A stretch of DNA of 64,000 nt, from NCBI GenBank assembly GCA_013239625.1, contig MU056000.1:15280851-15344850 (forward strand), given 5' to 3'. This DNA comes from Lama guanicoe (lineage: Eukaryota). This document shows, one piece after another, positions 1 to 11,648 of this stretch (position 1 is its first letter; each line of letters begins with the position of its first letter). The position numbers were made by a program, and so were the translations under genes. A model generated the notes under the pieces. It was given only the letters and a program-made list of their open reading frames with translations. It did no database searches and was not told the DNA's origin.

Positions 1-2535
1 CAAGCAGGATAAATTACCCTTCATACCACGTGGCTAGCCCTAAAAACAGAAGAAAAGGTCCTATCACCACCAGGACAGAATTACAGGAAAAGCCAAAAGC
101 AACAAGTATGTAGAAGGGGAAAAAAAAAAAAAAAATCTGACGAGTAGCTGCAGATAAGCCGGAAGAGAAGTAAAACAGAATGAAACAAAACACTGAACTT
201 TACATTTCAAATGATAAACACAGTGATTAACATATCTTTGAACAGTAAACTCTTAAAGGCAATTCAAAACACAAAAGAGGAGTAGGAAGTGGAGCAGAGT
301 TTAGATATCGCCTGCCTCAAGCAGTTTGCTACAGGTCTAGCTGAGAAACAGGGAAAAATATGCAAAGTCTTTCAGTCCCCAAAGGTCTAAAATAGCTCTA
401 TGTGAAAATGCTTTTCTCTAATGGTAAACTGGAAGCCATAACTTAGTTTGTGAGCTAAACTGGCCTTTCTAACACCTTCCCTCTCCATGTACCAGTTCAG
501 GCTCTGGAAGTGTCCATCTGTTTCTGCAAACTCATTTATCTAGGTTGAAAACTACAACTCCTACAGGGGAGGAGAGGAAAGCAGGAGACTGAGTCCCCAC
601 ACTCAGGTCATTTGATTCCTTTCCCTATTGTCTGTGGGACACAATGTTCTGGGGTAGGAGCATGGAGTGACTCAAGTGGTCAGGAGAGTTTAGGAAATTT
701 TCTACTCATAGAAATGAATGAAATGAGCAGAATTATTCTATGCCAAGTATATAAAGCTGACTAAACTGTAATAAAAGAGTTTTAGAGGAATGACTTAGAT
801 TACTCTGCTCTAATCTTTTTTAACAGCCTAACCTAGGTATGAGATGTTATGACATTAATATATACTCACATCACTTCCACTTTCCATGATGATAAATCTG
901 TGTATATTTCACTTAAAGTAAGGCCTTGAAGTTCAGCTGCCAATATCTGTCTATGGGTTCTTGGGAGAGGAGAAATAACTACATTAATTCCATCATTTGT
1001 TTATTATGGGACTAAAACAGTAAAAAGAAAAAAATGAAGTGTTATTGGAAGATATATTTTTAATATATTACAATAATAATTTATTATTATTGTTGCTATT
1101 TTGCTGTTATTAGCATTTGTGTTGTGATAGAAAGCACCTTAAAACTTATTTCCAGAACAAGGAAAGATATAAACAGTCCATCCAAATGAAACACAAAATT
1201 CAACTTTTTGACAGATATCTTAAGTTTTTAAGATGAATTTACTGAAAAAGTGACTCATTAACATTTTAGCACATTACTTTCTATTTTTCTATGTATTTCT
1301 ACATGTAACCTTATTCGTGTAACAAAATATATTAAATGTTAGTAAGCAGAAAAGTGATTCTTTTTTAAAATGTTAAATATTTGCTACTTTCAATCACATG
1401 GATTTTTCTTAACAGTATGTTAGCGCAAAATATATATTTAATTAATTCTTAGCAAACAATTAAAAATTGATGCATTTGTTTGAGTTCCTGACATTCACCT
1501 GAAATTTCTCATGGGGGGAAAAAGATTCTTCACTTTCAAGAAGTCACTAAAAATGCTATACTCTTTGTAGAAAGTAATCACAAAAATTCAGCATAAAGTA
1601 AATATAAAAAAAAAGACAAGAATGTCTCCAACCTGTTGATATTTAATTTGAATACAGCAAAGTGGATTTTGAAACAGTACTCGTTTTCACACTATGTTAC
1701 ACAGATAGATCTATGCTTTGTTGATACTATGACATCTGTTACTCTCTCTCTTCACTGTTTAAAGATAATTGATAAAAGTCAGAATTGAAAAAAGAACTGT
1801 TTTTACACATAACAATATAAATCTTAAAGATAAATTGATGGATTTAGTTGAAGAGAAAATGCATAAACCATGAGATTCCAATTGCAACTACTTATCTTAA
1901 TATTTGGAAATACAGTTATGAAAATGCTACTCCAGCTAAGCAGAGAAATATCTTCTCTCACATGCACCTGCTCTGATTTTGCACTGAAGTAGAAGGAAAA
2001 TCAGCCTATATGTATTCATCTTGTGATGAATGTGAAACTGACTATATGAAAGGTGCATTGCCCACAAATTGGGTACAGATTGTCATTAATGGAAATAAGT
2101 GGATGTGAGAGGAGTGGGACCCTGCAGAGATTTTCTTTAACACATTTTGCAGTAAATATCCACCTGCAAAAGTCTCACGATGAAAATGTATGCTTACATA
2201 TAATGAATCCTGTGAAATGCCAGGATATTGCCCCTTCTCACATGGCTATAAAAAGGACATAAGTTTGATAAACACATTTTGTCTTCAAAATCGTGATAAC
2301 TGGAAATAAAAATACTAACTTTACCTGATTTAGATCCATTTTCAGGCTCCCATACCACTTATCATAACTCTAATTAATTCTGTGAACTATTCCCAGTTAT
2401 CGATCCCTTCATTGTGGTGTGGGATATCCATGTCCAAATAACGTAAAGAAAAAAGAAGTTTCTTGATGGATTTCAACCTGATTTCTGGCAGACCTTGTCC
2501 CTTAAAATATCACCAAATAATTATTAAGTTGCAAA

Positions 2536-2731
2536 TAAATACAAAAGGTTATTTAAAAATATGAACAGTTATACACCAATAAATTGGACAACCTAGAAGA
2601 AATTGATAAATTCTTAGAATCATACAAACTTTCTATGACTGAATCAGGAAGAAATAAGATATCTGAATAGACTGATCACTAGTACTGAAATTGAAAGTGT
2701 AATCAAAAGTTCGCCCGAAACAAGTCCAGGT
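2536..2731 (+). mobile_element. LINE-1 ORF2 internal fragment (post-endonuclease linker), truncated at both ends
   Basis: From 2560 it translates as YEQLYTNKLDNLEEIDKFLESYKLS and, after a +1 shift, LNQEEIRYLNRLITSTEIESVIK..SPG. This matches L1 ORF2p YEQLYANKLDNLEEMDKFLETYNLPRLNQEEIENLNRPITSKEIESVIKNLPTKKSPG. Confidence 0.9.
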
Positions 2732-2789
2732 CATTACACATTACATTAATTGTGTATCTAAGTACTTTACGCATTAAGTTCTGTTGTAA

Positions 2790-3960
2790 ATTATATTTTT
2801 ATCCATACCTAATTGCTCTTTCTACATGGAAATAAATCAATTTTTGTATATTGATCATGTTTCTTATGAACCCACAAAATTCTCTAATTATTGATAGTAC
2901 TTTTTGTAGATTCCTTAGGATTTTCTGCACAATCATGTTTAATGAAAACTCTGTTTTGCTGTCTCACTTCTACTTTACAAGTTTTTACATTTTCTTTGTT
3001 CTAATGCACATGCTAGGACCTCTAGTACAATGGTTAATTATATTTGTCAATGCTCCAATATTTATCCAGGGATAAACACCACTTGCTCATAATCTATTAA
3101 TTCTTTGTATGTCTCTAGTTGTTATTAGCAACTATTTTGTTAAAGATATTTGTATCTATATTTTTGCATCTATGTATACATCATGTTTACATCTATTCAC
3201 TATATAAACAGAGACATATTCACTATGTGAACAATATCTATTTTTTCTTTTATACTGTTTTTTCTCATTTTGGTGTCAAGTTAATTTTTGCCCCATTAAA
3301 TGAGATAAGAAAATCTTTTTTTTCTATTTTCTCAAATAAGATTTATATTATTCATTACTTAAGTATTTGAATTTACCAGTGTCTCCACCTAAGCTTGAAG
3401 TTTTCTTTGTAGAAAGTTTCTTTAATTAACAGTTGTGTCCTTTTATAGAAAGAAATAGACTATTCAAGTTTTATATTTTTTGGTGAATCACTTTTGATAA
3501 TTTGTGTCTTTCAAGATATTACTAAATTTATTTAAGTGCTTCAGTTTTGGTAGCATAAGTCTGTTCAATAAAATTCCTTTAATATCCATTGCTTGTTAGA
3601 TATATAGTAGTTTATTCTTTTTAAAGCCTAAGTTTTGGGTTTTTTTTTTTTAACAAATTTAATAATTTGTTTAAAGTAACTGTTCTCAGATTTATCTGTT
3701 TCCTTTATTATTGGTTTATTTTCTCTTTCAGGAATGTCTGTTCTAATCTTTATTTTTTTTCTTCCTTTGGCTTAATGTGTAAGATCTTTTTCTAGTTTCT
3801 TATGGACACTGTAAAGATTCATTTTTCATTCCTTTTCTTTTCTATTATTAGCATTTACAGTTGTGGATTTTCTACCACTTCTTTGCCTGCACACCTCAAA
3901 TAGACAGGTTTTAAATTGCAACCAGTTCAGATATTTCCAAATTTTCCTTTAAATTAATTT
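2790..3960 (-). mobile_element. Old LINE-1 (L1M/L1ME-like) ORF2 fragment, antisense
   Basis: T-rich, with antisense L1 ORF2 hallmarks: 'tttttgtatattgatc', 'tagattccttaggattttct', 'gctaggacctctagtacaatg', 'ggataaacaccacttg', 'gaatttaccagtg'. Confidence 0.75.
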
Positions 3961-3965
3961 AAACA

Positions 3966-4190
3966 CTGGACTAAAGTTCCTAGCCAGAAAAATAATGAAA
4001 AGATTGAGGGGAGCAAGGCAGGAAGGAAAGGAAAAAAAAAAAAGATACATAGAAAATGGAAAATAGAACTGCAGTTATTCACAGATGAATGATTCCATGT
4101 GTAGAAAATCCAAAATAACCTAAGTTTAAGTTATTAGCATTATAAAGTGACAATAGTAAATTGCAAGCTAAGAGGTCAATATATAAAGTG
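3966..4190 (+). mobile_element. Decayed LINE-1 reverse-transcriptase core fragment
   Basis: 'aagttcctagccag' and 'ttattcacagatgaatgattccatgtgtagaaaatccaaaa' correspond to degenerate EVLAR...LFADDMIVYVENPK. Confidence 0.7.
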
Positions 4191-4194
4191 AACT

Positions 4195-4420
4195 TTGGAA
4201 TGTTTCTGGGGTCAGCTCCAGCATGTAAAATGCTTGGAAGTCATCACTCCCATAACAGCAAGAAAAAGACAAATAAGCTAAAAATCATCAGCTCTTCCTG
4301 GTCCATCAGAGAACTGAGGCTTCAGAGTATTCCAGCTACCCTCAAATTTGGATACAGGTGCATCCAGAGAAATACAGCATCTGGGATCTACTTACTTGGC
4401 TCTACACGAAGAAGGAAAAT
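4195..4420 (+). mobile_element. L1MD-type 5' end (5'UTR start)
   Basis: 'cagctccagcatgtaaaatgcttggaagtcatcactccc...ccatcagagaactgagg...caggtgcatccagaga' closely matches the recalled L1MD 5'-end consensus. Confidence 0.75.
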
Positions 4421-4479
4421 TCAACAGTAAATTAATTAATTAATTAATTGTTATTCTTAATTGATCTTAGTGATAAATG

Positions 4480-4862
4480 TTTAATTATAGTAGATTACAA
4501 CAATGTCACATGGTACAGGAGGAGAAATTAGATACACTTGTTATAAGATGTCTACTACAAGGTAAGTGGCATTTTAAAAAGCAGTGACACAAAAGTTAGT
4601 TAAAATATGTATTGTAAAAACAAGGGCAAGTACTAAGATTTTTACAAAAGAAATATAATTAATATGCTAATAGAAGACACACAAGAAAATTAGAAAACCT
4701 AAGTTAAAGCCAAAGAAGGCAGCAAAAGAGGGACAAACAAGAAATAAAGAACAAGTGCAATGAAAAGAAAACAGTTACAAACATGGTAGCTATTAACCCA
4801 ATTATACTGATAATTATTTTAAATGAAAATAATCTAAATACACCAAGTAAAAGACAGAGATT
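4480..4862 (+). mobile_element. L1MC/MD inter-ORF region and ORF2 start (endonuclease N-terminus)
   Basis: The ORF at 4783 begins MVAINPIILIIILNENNLNTPSKRQR, resembling ORF2p ...SIITLNVNGLNTPIKRQR. Confidence 0.75.
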
Positions 4863-4969
4863 TTATGATTTCTGTTTATTGAAATTTGTTGGGGCATGTC
4901 TTATGGCCCAGAATATTTTAGTAAATGATCTGTGTGAGCTCATCAAATTTTTTAAAAATTTAGTAATTA

Positions 4970-5540
4970 CATACCGCTGTAACAGTTACAATTAAAAAGG
5001 CTAACATACCAGTGTTTAGCAAAGATTTAGAGGAAAGACAATTTTCATGCATTTGTGATCAGACTGCAAATTGGTATAACTACACTGGAAAAAGAGTTTG
5101 GCATTTTTTACTTAATTTGAACACAGATATTCCCTATGACTTAAACATTTTATTCTAATCAAAATGCATGACCATTGCACCCAAAAGGTTTTATTAATAT
5201 GATTCTAAATACATTCGCCATAATATCTAACTAATATATACAATCTATCACTAGTAGAATGGATATTTTGTGCTATAGTTTATGTGGTGATTTAATACAC
5301 AATTTTGTAATTGGATGATCTGTAGCTCTACATTTGAACATCAGTGAAGCCAAAAAACATAATTTTGAGTAACTTAGGCAAGAAATAAAAAAATTAATGT
5401 TATATAATGTTGTATATATAATTAGTACGTGACATTAATTTATGGGTTTAGATGTCAAGACAGTCATTTCCTTTGGGGAGGAGAGGGTTTAATGATCAGA
5501 AGGAAACATAAGAGGGCTTTGGAGTGCTTGTGTTTAAATT
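4970..5540 (+). mobile_element. L1ME-type 3' end
   Basis: 'gcaaattggtataactacactggaaaa', 'attccctatgac', 'gtcaagacagtcatttcctttggggagg...gagggctttggagtgct' follow L1ME ORF2-end/3'UTR order. Confidence 0.7.
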
Positions 5541-8500
5541 AAATTAAATAAATAAAATATAATAAATAAAATTTGAGAAACTAATTTAAATACATTAAAA
5601 AAATCCTCCTCTAATTGCCTGAATACACTAAGTGATTCATTTACAATTCTCCTAGACAGCTTTAAGCAGTGCAAAAGAGTGTTTTACTGAACGTGGTTGA
5701 CATGAATTCTCATGCTAACACTTTCAACTATGGCTTATTCCTCCATAAGTAATGTAACCCCATTGTATCTCACCTTTTTCATCTATCATATGAAATAATT
5801 TAAATTTCCTCCTATATCCAAAATTTCATGTTAATAGCCATGCCTAAAGATTCTTAAATCAAACTCCTTGTTAGAATCTTCATTTTCAAATTGCATTCCT
5901 AAACATCAATATAGACCTTGCTCTGAAAAAAAATATATTGTAAAATAATTAACCCTATTGAACAGAAAGAGAACCACTGAGAAATCAAGCCACTGGACAG
6001 TCTCAGGATCCAACGTTCTACCCGAAGTCATGCTGTAGACCCAATCATTCAAAGGTTCACAATACGAGAACTTTTCTACTGTATCGAAAGTCTTAACACT
6101 TAAAAAATGAATCAGGTAAGCGAGGAGACCTACACGGGCTTGGTTATGTGCTTATGTCCTAACAAGGCAACTAGTTCCCCATGGAGCTAATCCAGCTTCA
6201 TCGCATATGCAGTGGATAATTAACACATCTTAATATTTTAAAAATATTCACTATTACCATGACTACTTGCACTTGACTATCTAGCATCATGGAAGCTCTG
6301 TTATCTATCATCTCTAAGTGATAGGCATGGCTAAGTTTAGCCAACAAAGTAGTCTACTTCCAAGATTTTGACTTGTGATTAATCCAATTATCTCCTCTGC
6401 TATAAAGAGAAAAGATTATATTGGATGGTTTTGTTTCCTGCAGCAAAGTAATTTTCTGCATGACCAGCAATAATGTAATGTGGGGTATTTTAATAAGAGG
6501 CAATTATTTTTAAAATTAAACCTTAAACAGAATGCAGATGGTAATAATATGGCAGAGATGTGCACAAAATTATGAGTTGCTTTAAAAACTGTTAACTCTG
6601 CAATGTGCTCTAGTATAAAATAGTGCAATAAAGGAAACATAACTGAAACAGAAAAAGATTTTTAAATCTCCTAGAAATGCATTTACAATGCTGAAGCTGA
6701 CAAGGTAATACTCCCTTCTATGATATTCAATAATTTAATGGGCTACATTGCTTTCATCCTTGAAATTAATAGTCTTTTTTTTTAAGACAAGGAAACGTTT
6801 AGGAAAAGGACATATGATAATAATGCATTTTTTACCAAAGAGAAAATGTTAATACTTGAGGTTGGAAAATGATCAATGATAAAAGATGAGTTTTAGCAAA
6901 ATTAAGTCTGAGTGTGTTACAGGAAAATAGAGCCTTCTGGATCACCCTTTCATGGTATGTAAATGGAGGTGATTAACAACGGTGATCTCTGAAGGATCTC
7001 TGGGATCCAGTGTCCCCCTCTATTTATTTCCAAATGTCCCACTCTAAAGACAAAGCTATCATCAGAGGGAGACAGTGTACATTCTTCTTTTGCAAGTTAA
7101 TATTATATTTAAGGATATTTCATGTGAGATTTTGAAAATGGAACAGACAGAGCATCTAGAAAGAGATGAGAGAGAGGAAAACACAAAAAATGCTTGGTCT
7201 GAGAGAAAACCTTATTCATTTATATGTGAAGTATTTCCCATGAGTCCCATGGTTGTTTAGGTTATCCCTTAATTTCTATACCCCACAATTTCTTCCTTAC
7301 CTCTATTGCCTTCAAAGAGTGCTTCCAAAGAGTTAAAATAAATAAAATTAAAATATCATCATTTTAAAATGCTTTACTTAACCTGTAAATATCCATATTA
7401 TATCCATTTCAAAAGCCCTAAATAATTTTCTAATTAAATAAATATTAACAATTTGGAATTCTTGCAGTGTGGTGGATTTTCTGTTCAGTATTTTATATAA
7501 AAGACCACAGTGATGTCTGTCTTTACTAGTTGCCAGATCTCTGTACTTGCTGACACTTCCAGACATTTCCTCTAAAATTAAAATGTTTTAACAGATCAAT
7601 GAAAATTGATGTAAAATGATAAGAAAATACTACTTATTACACAAACTGGCACAGCTTTCACTACAAGCCCTTAGATTTTAATTTGTAACTCATATTATCT
7701 TTCATTTAGAAGGAAATGAGCAGTTCTGAACGATCATTGTTTATAAACACAACAGTCCTGTGTTTCCTATCTCAACTTCATGATCATTGAAATGATCCAA
7801 ATAATCATTAACCCTAGTGACAGGAGAATCATTAGAATGCTGTTTTTAAATTAACCTAAGATCTTATAAGTTATTGAGGTGCAATAGAGATTATACGGAG
7901 CTCAATTACAACAGCCATCGATCTTCTTCCTCCCATGATAAAATTGTTTTATCCTATAAAACAACAGCAGCTGGAAGTAGAGAGCTCTGTCCCACTTCAA
8001 CACAGTTTTAGAATTTAACTCTTTATATCAGTGAGTTTTGGATATCCTCGGATACTTTTTGCACTGAAGCTATGTTCCTCTAATGATTGAGAGAGAAGTT
8101 TTGTGCCAGGCAGACCTGGGGAAGGAGGAAGAGGAAGCTGAAGCTGAAGATGACTGAGAAGACAAAGAAAAAGAAGGGGGATAAGGAAAAGGCTGGTAGG
8201 AGGAGAAGGAGGGGAAAGGATGACATAGGAGCACTCTCTCTGCTGGCCTCGGGGACTAGATTGGATGATAAATTAAAAAAAAAGTTTCACTACAGATGTT
8301 GAAAGAACTGTGTATATGTTGTCTTTATACATGCAGTTTATTTCAAATACGAATAAAATATGTAGTACGTTAGATGCTGATAAATGTTATGGAGTAAATT
8401 TATCTTTTTAAATAAACGTGGGGAGTGGTTGAATTGAGGTTTGCTATTTAAATTGGGTTAAACTGTGTCATTTCTTACCAAATTGTTCAGCATTTGTCAA

Positions 8501-8685
8501 TCATTTAAGTTTTTAAAGAACCATATCTCATTAGCATATTTATTTGCATCTACTTTATAAGGAATAACTATAAACTTTTTTTATATGCTGAAGATACATT
8601 AACATTTTATTTTTCCTAAAGTTCTCATATCCTTCACCAATTTTGCAATCCAGTAACATTCTTTTTCTTTATAAAATATAGAAAT

Positions 8686-8719
8686 TATATATATATGTGT
8701 GTGTGTGTGTATACATATA
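8686..8719. repeat. Compound (TA)n(TG)n microsatellite
   Basis: 'tatatatatatgtgtgtgtgtgtgtatacatata' read directly. Confidence 0.85.
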
Positions 8720-9125
8720 AAATGAAAATTTGCCCTTTTTTATAATATAATTGTAAATATTTTTTTCTGGACCACGATGTGTACTTTGACTTTATTACTG
8801 GTGACTGCTTCCCCCTAACATATTCCTTTCAAGTTTCCCGAAAAGGTCAACTTTGACCTTCAGCTCTGTCCATCAGGCCTCCTGATCTCATTTTCTATTT
8901 GATGTCAGTGAATTCCTTGGTCCACTAACTTCTCTGTATTAATTGTTAAGCATCAATTCCTGTGGAAGAATGATTTTCCTGATTTCCAAAGTTCTGGACT
9001 TGTTTTTCTCAGGGTTTAAGATTTGGAAAAAACATCAATTTCCCCAGAAATGTCAGGAAGCACGTCCCTGTTGGAAATAACATGTGAAGTTCTAAAGATT
9101 TCACGTACTTTAAAAGTAAGAGGAG

Positions 9126-9151
9126 TTTTGTTTTGTTTTGTTTTGTTTTTT
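9126..9151. repeat. (TTTTG)n microsatellite
   Basis: 'ttttgttttgttttgttttgtttttt' read directly. Confidence 0.85.
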
Positions 9152-9867
9152 AAGACACTCTTTGGAGGCAGCATGTTGGGAACATAGAATTAAAAAAGTG
9201 CACAAGTAAAAATGGTCCTGAAAGGAGGCATATGAATATATTGAATATTATGTGATCTGAGACCTATTACAGAGTTTGTCACAGTTTGGATGTGCAATAA
9301 CTGTTAGTTTAACTGAGATAAAATTTGAGTTTATCTTCTCTTAGTTTATAATGTGTATATATATTCCAAACATACACAGGAAAATAGCACATTGCATATA
9401 CATATATATATATATATATCTCCTATATATTTTAACTTCTTACAAGCTAAATAAGAAATAGTCAAATTATACATTAAATATCACATTTATCCTTGTTTTC
9501 TTTACAATTTAAAATCAAAACTTACAGAATACATAATTTCCACATCAGCCAAGAACTGGTCAAAAAATTTGGTCTCCATAGAGAATTAATTTTTCAACCT
9601 ATGTGACATCTGCCTTTAATATATGTCTGCCAACTGAATAGTCAAGGTCACTTACTTAATATTCTCCTTATATTTGAGGTCAGACCCATGAAATATCACA
9701 AGATAGTAGGCACAATGATGGGTAAAATTTGTAAAAGAAAAATAAATTTTAAAAAGCACAAAGTCAGGATGGTCAAGCCCTCTTTACAGCCTCCTAATAT
9801 CATGGAAAGGTTATCACACTAATTGTTAAAATGACTGTAAAACGTGGCAAACTTAACAATGAAGTAT

Positions 9868-10319
9868 TCCATGCAGAGACTGCTAGCTGTCTCCTCTATG
9901 ACCATTTCCTCCATAAAGCAGCCTTAAGTTTTAATGTACATCAAGTCTAATTAGAACAAAACATACATTTCTCATTTCATTTTGGGTTGAGGAGTGGCAT
10001 GTGACCAAAGGGTCCAAACTGAACTATTACGTAACAACTCATCCTGAGAAATTTCCTATAGCACTGCTGAGATGCATTTTTGCATCTTATGCACTACTGC
10101 TTGGAATTAACCAACATGATGGCTACAGTTTCATGTTGGACCAGGAGCTTGAGAGATATAATGCCCTTGGTAGAGAAGGAAGTGGAAATACTATGATTCA
10201 TGGCCAACTTGATTTCCCACATGTGAATATTACCGTTAGACTAGAATATACTGCTAAATGTTAATCCATTCTTTGGATGCCTCTGTTATTCATAGCTAAA
10301 TATAATCCACACAGATATA
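9868..10319 (+). mobile_element. Ancient ERVL/MaLR-class LTR (LTR33-like)
   Basis: Starts 'gcagagactgctagctgtctcc', includes 'catttc...ggcatgtgacc' and 'catgatggct...atgttggacca', and ends 'ctctgttattcatagctaaatataatcc..gatata'. Confidence 0.65.
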
Positions 10320-10530
10320 GAATATGGCACCAAGAATGCTATTCTGCATGAAACAAAACCAAACTATGGACTTTGTTCATGAAACTGAAGGGTCGTGAAA
10401 TGTAGGAACATACAAATCACAGGCTAGAAAGCTGATGACTTTTGTCAGGTTTTAGTGAATAAGTCATCTGCTTTACCTTGAAAAACAAACCACTTATTAA
10501 TTTAGGGTATAAAAATTAGGGAAAATGATG
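10320..10530 (+). mobile_element. MaLR/ERVL internal-sequence stub directly 3' of the LTR
   Basis: 'gaatatggcaccaagaa...aacaaaacc' resembles the MaLR-int start (gattttggtacc...gtaacaaatacc). Confidence 0.5.
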
Positions 10531-10560
10531 AGATAAACAAATGATACATTTAAACCATTT

Positions 10561-10832
10561 TATACCCAGACAACCATTCTGCTTTTCACTTGTAGTACAG
10601 AATTCAATAAATTACATGAGATATTCAGCACTTTATTATAAAATAGGCTTTGTGTTAGATGACTTTGCCCAACTGTAGGTTAATGTAAGTTTTCTGAGCA
10701 TGTTTAAGGTAGCTTAGGTTACGCTTCGATGTGTAGTGGATTAGGTGTATTTAATGTATTTTTGACTTACGATAATTTCAACTTTTAATGAGCTTATTGG
10801 GACATAATGTATCATAAGTCAAGAAAAACTTG
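10561..10832 (-). mobile_element. MER47A/Tigger5-family DNA transposon (TcMar-Tigger), one end missing
   Basis: 'caaccattctgcttttcact...ttcaataaattacatgagatattca..actttattataaaataggctttgtgttagatga..ttgcccaactgtagg' is a near-verbatim reverse of the recalled consensus. TA follows the terminus at 10833-10834. Confidence 0.8.
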
Positions 10833-10864
10833 TATATATTTGTCTGGAATACAACCTAGTCCAA

Positions 10865-11129
10865 AGTAAGACACTCTCAAGAAAATAAAAAGATAACATA
10901 CAGAAAGATAAAATTTTTTTTGCAATTTATATATCTAAAAGGAGTCTAGTATCAAGAATGTATAAAGAATGCTTACAATTCAACAATAACAAAAATACAA
11001 ATAACCCAATTAAAGAATGGCTCAGAGACTCGAGTAGATATTTCTCTAAATAAGGTATACAAATAGCCAACAATCATGTGAAAAAATGCTCAGCATCATT
11101 TGTTATTAGACAAATGCAAATCAAAACCA
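10865..11129 (+). mobile_element. L1MB-like ORF2 C-terminal fragment, 3'-truncated
   Basis: 'ctagtatcaagaatgtataaagaa..cttacaattcaacaa..aataacccaattaaagaatgg...aaaaatgctcagcatcatt..ttagacaaatgcaaatcaaaacca' encodes KKCSASFVIRQMQIKT, versus the L1 motif KKCSTSLIIREMQIKT. Confidence 0.85.
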
Positions 11130-11648
11130 GCATATAAATATAAATATTAAATATGAAGAACCCCTGATCTGTATCTGTGTTTATATACATATGTACCTTT
11201 TGTCTACCTTGCTTATTGTTCAATATGTTTTTGATAGCCATGAGGCTGGTTTGGTGTACTCTTCCAGTACAGTACCAACTTTTTCCTAGAATCTTTTACT
11301 AGTATAGCGGCCCCTTATGTAAGGGAGCAGACTAAATCAGTCCCTAAAGTTTTTAACCTAAGCCAAGAAAATCATTTGTTATTAGACAAATGCAAATCAA
11401 AACCAGCATATAAATATAAATAATAAATATGAAGAACCCCTGATCTGTATCTGTGTGTATATATACATATGTACCTTTTGTCTACCTTGCTTATTGTTCA
11501 GTATGTTTTTGATAGCCATGAGGCTGGTTTGGTGTACTCTTCCAGTACAGTACCAACTTTTTCCTAGAATCTTTTACTAGTATAGCGGCCCCTTATGTAA
11601 GGGAACAGACTAAATCAGTCCCTAAACTTTTTAACCTAAGCCAAGAAA
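11095..11648 (+). repeat. Head-to-tail tandem duplication, 276 bp + 278 bp, ~98% identical
   Basis: Copy 1 is 11095-11370 and copy 2 is 11371-11648. Both run 'atcatttgttattagac...aacctaagccaagaaa'. I count about 5 substitutions and one 2-bp indel. Confidence 0.97.

Noticed and set aside
4428..4449. (TAAT)n palindromic run (also ~63124-63143)
   Set aside because: An ordinary AT-rich microsatellite associated with repeat sequence.
6007..6121. Strong + strand donor CAG|gtaagc after a CpG-containing stretch
   Set aside because: There is no polypyrimidine acceptor upstream, all frames contain stops, and isolated donors are common by chance.
8087..8302. Lys/Arg-rich 71-aa ORF resembling a basic nuclear protein
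   Set aside because: It is a translation of a low-complexity GA-rich tract.
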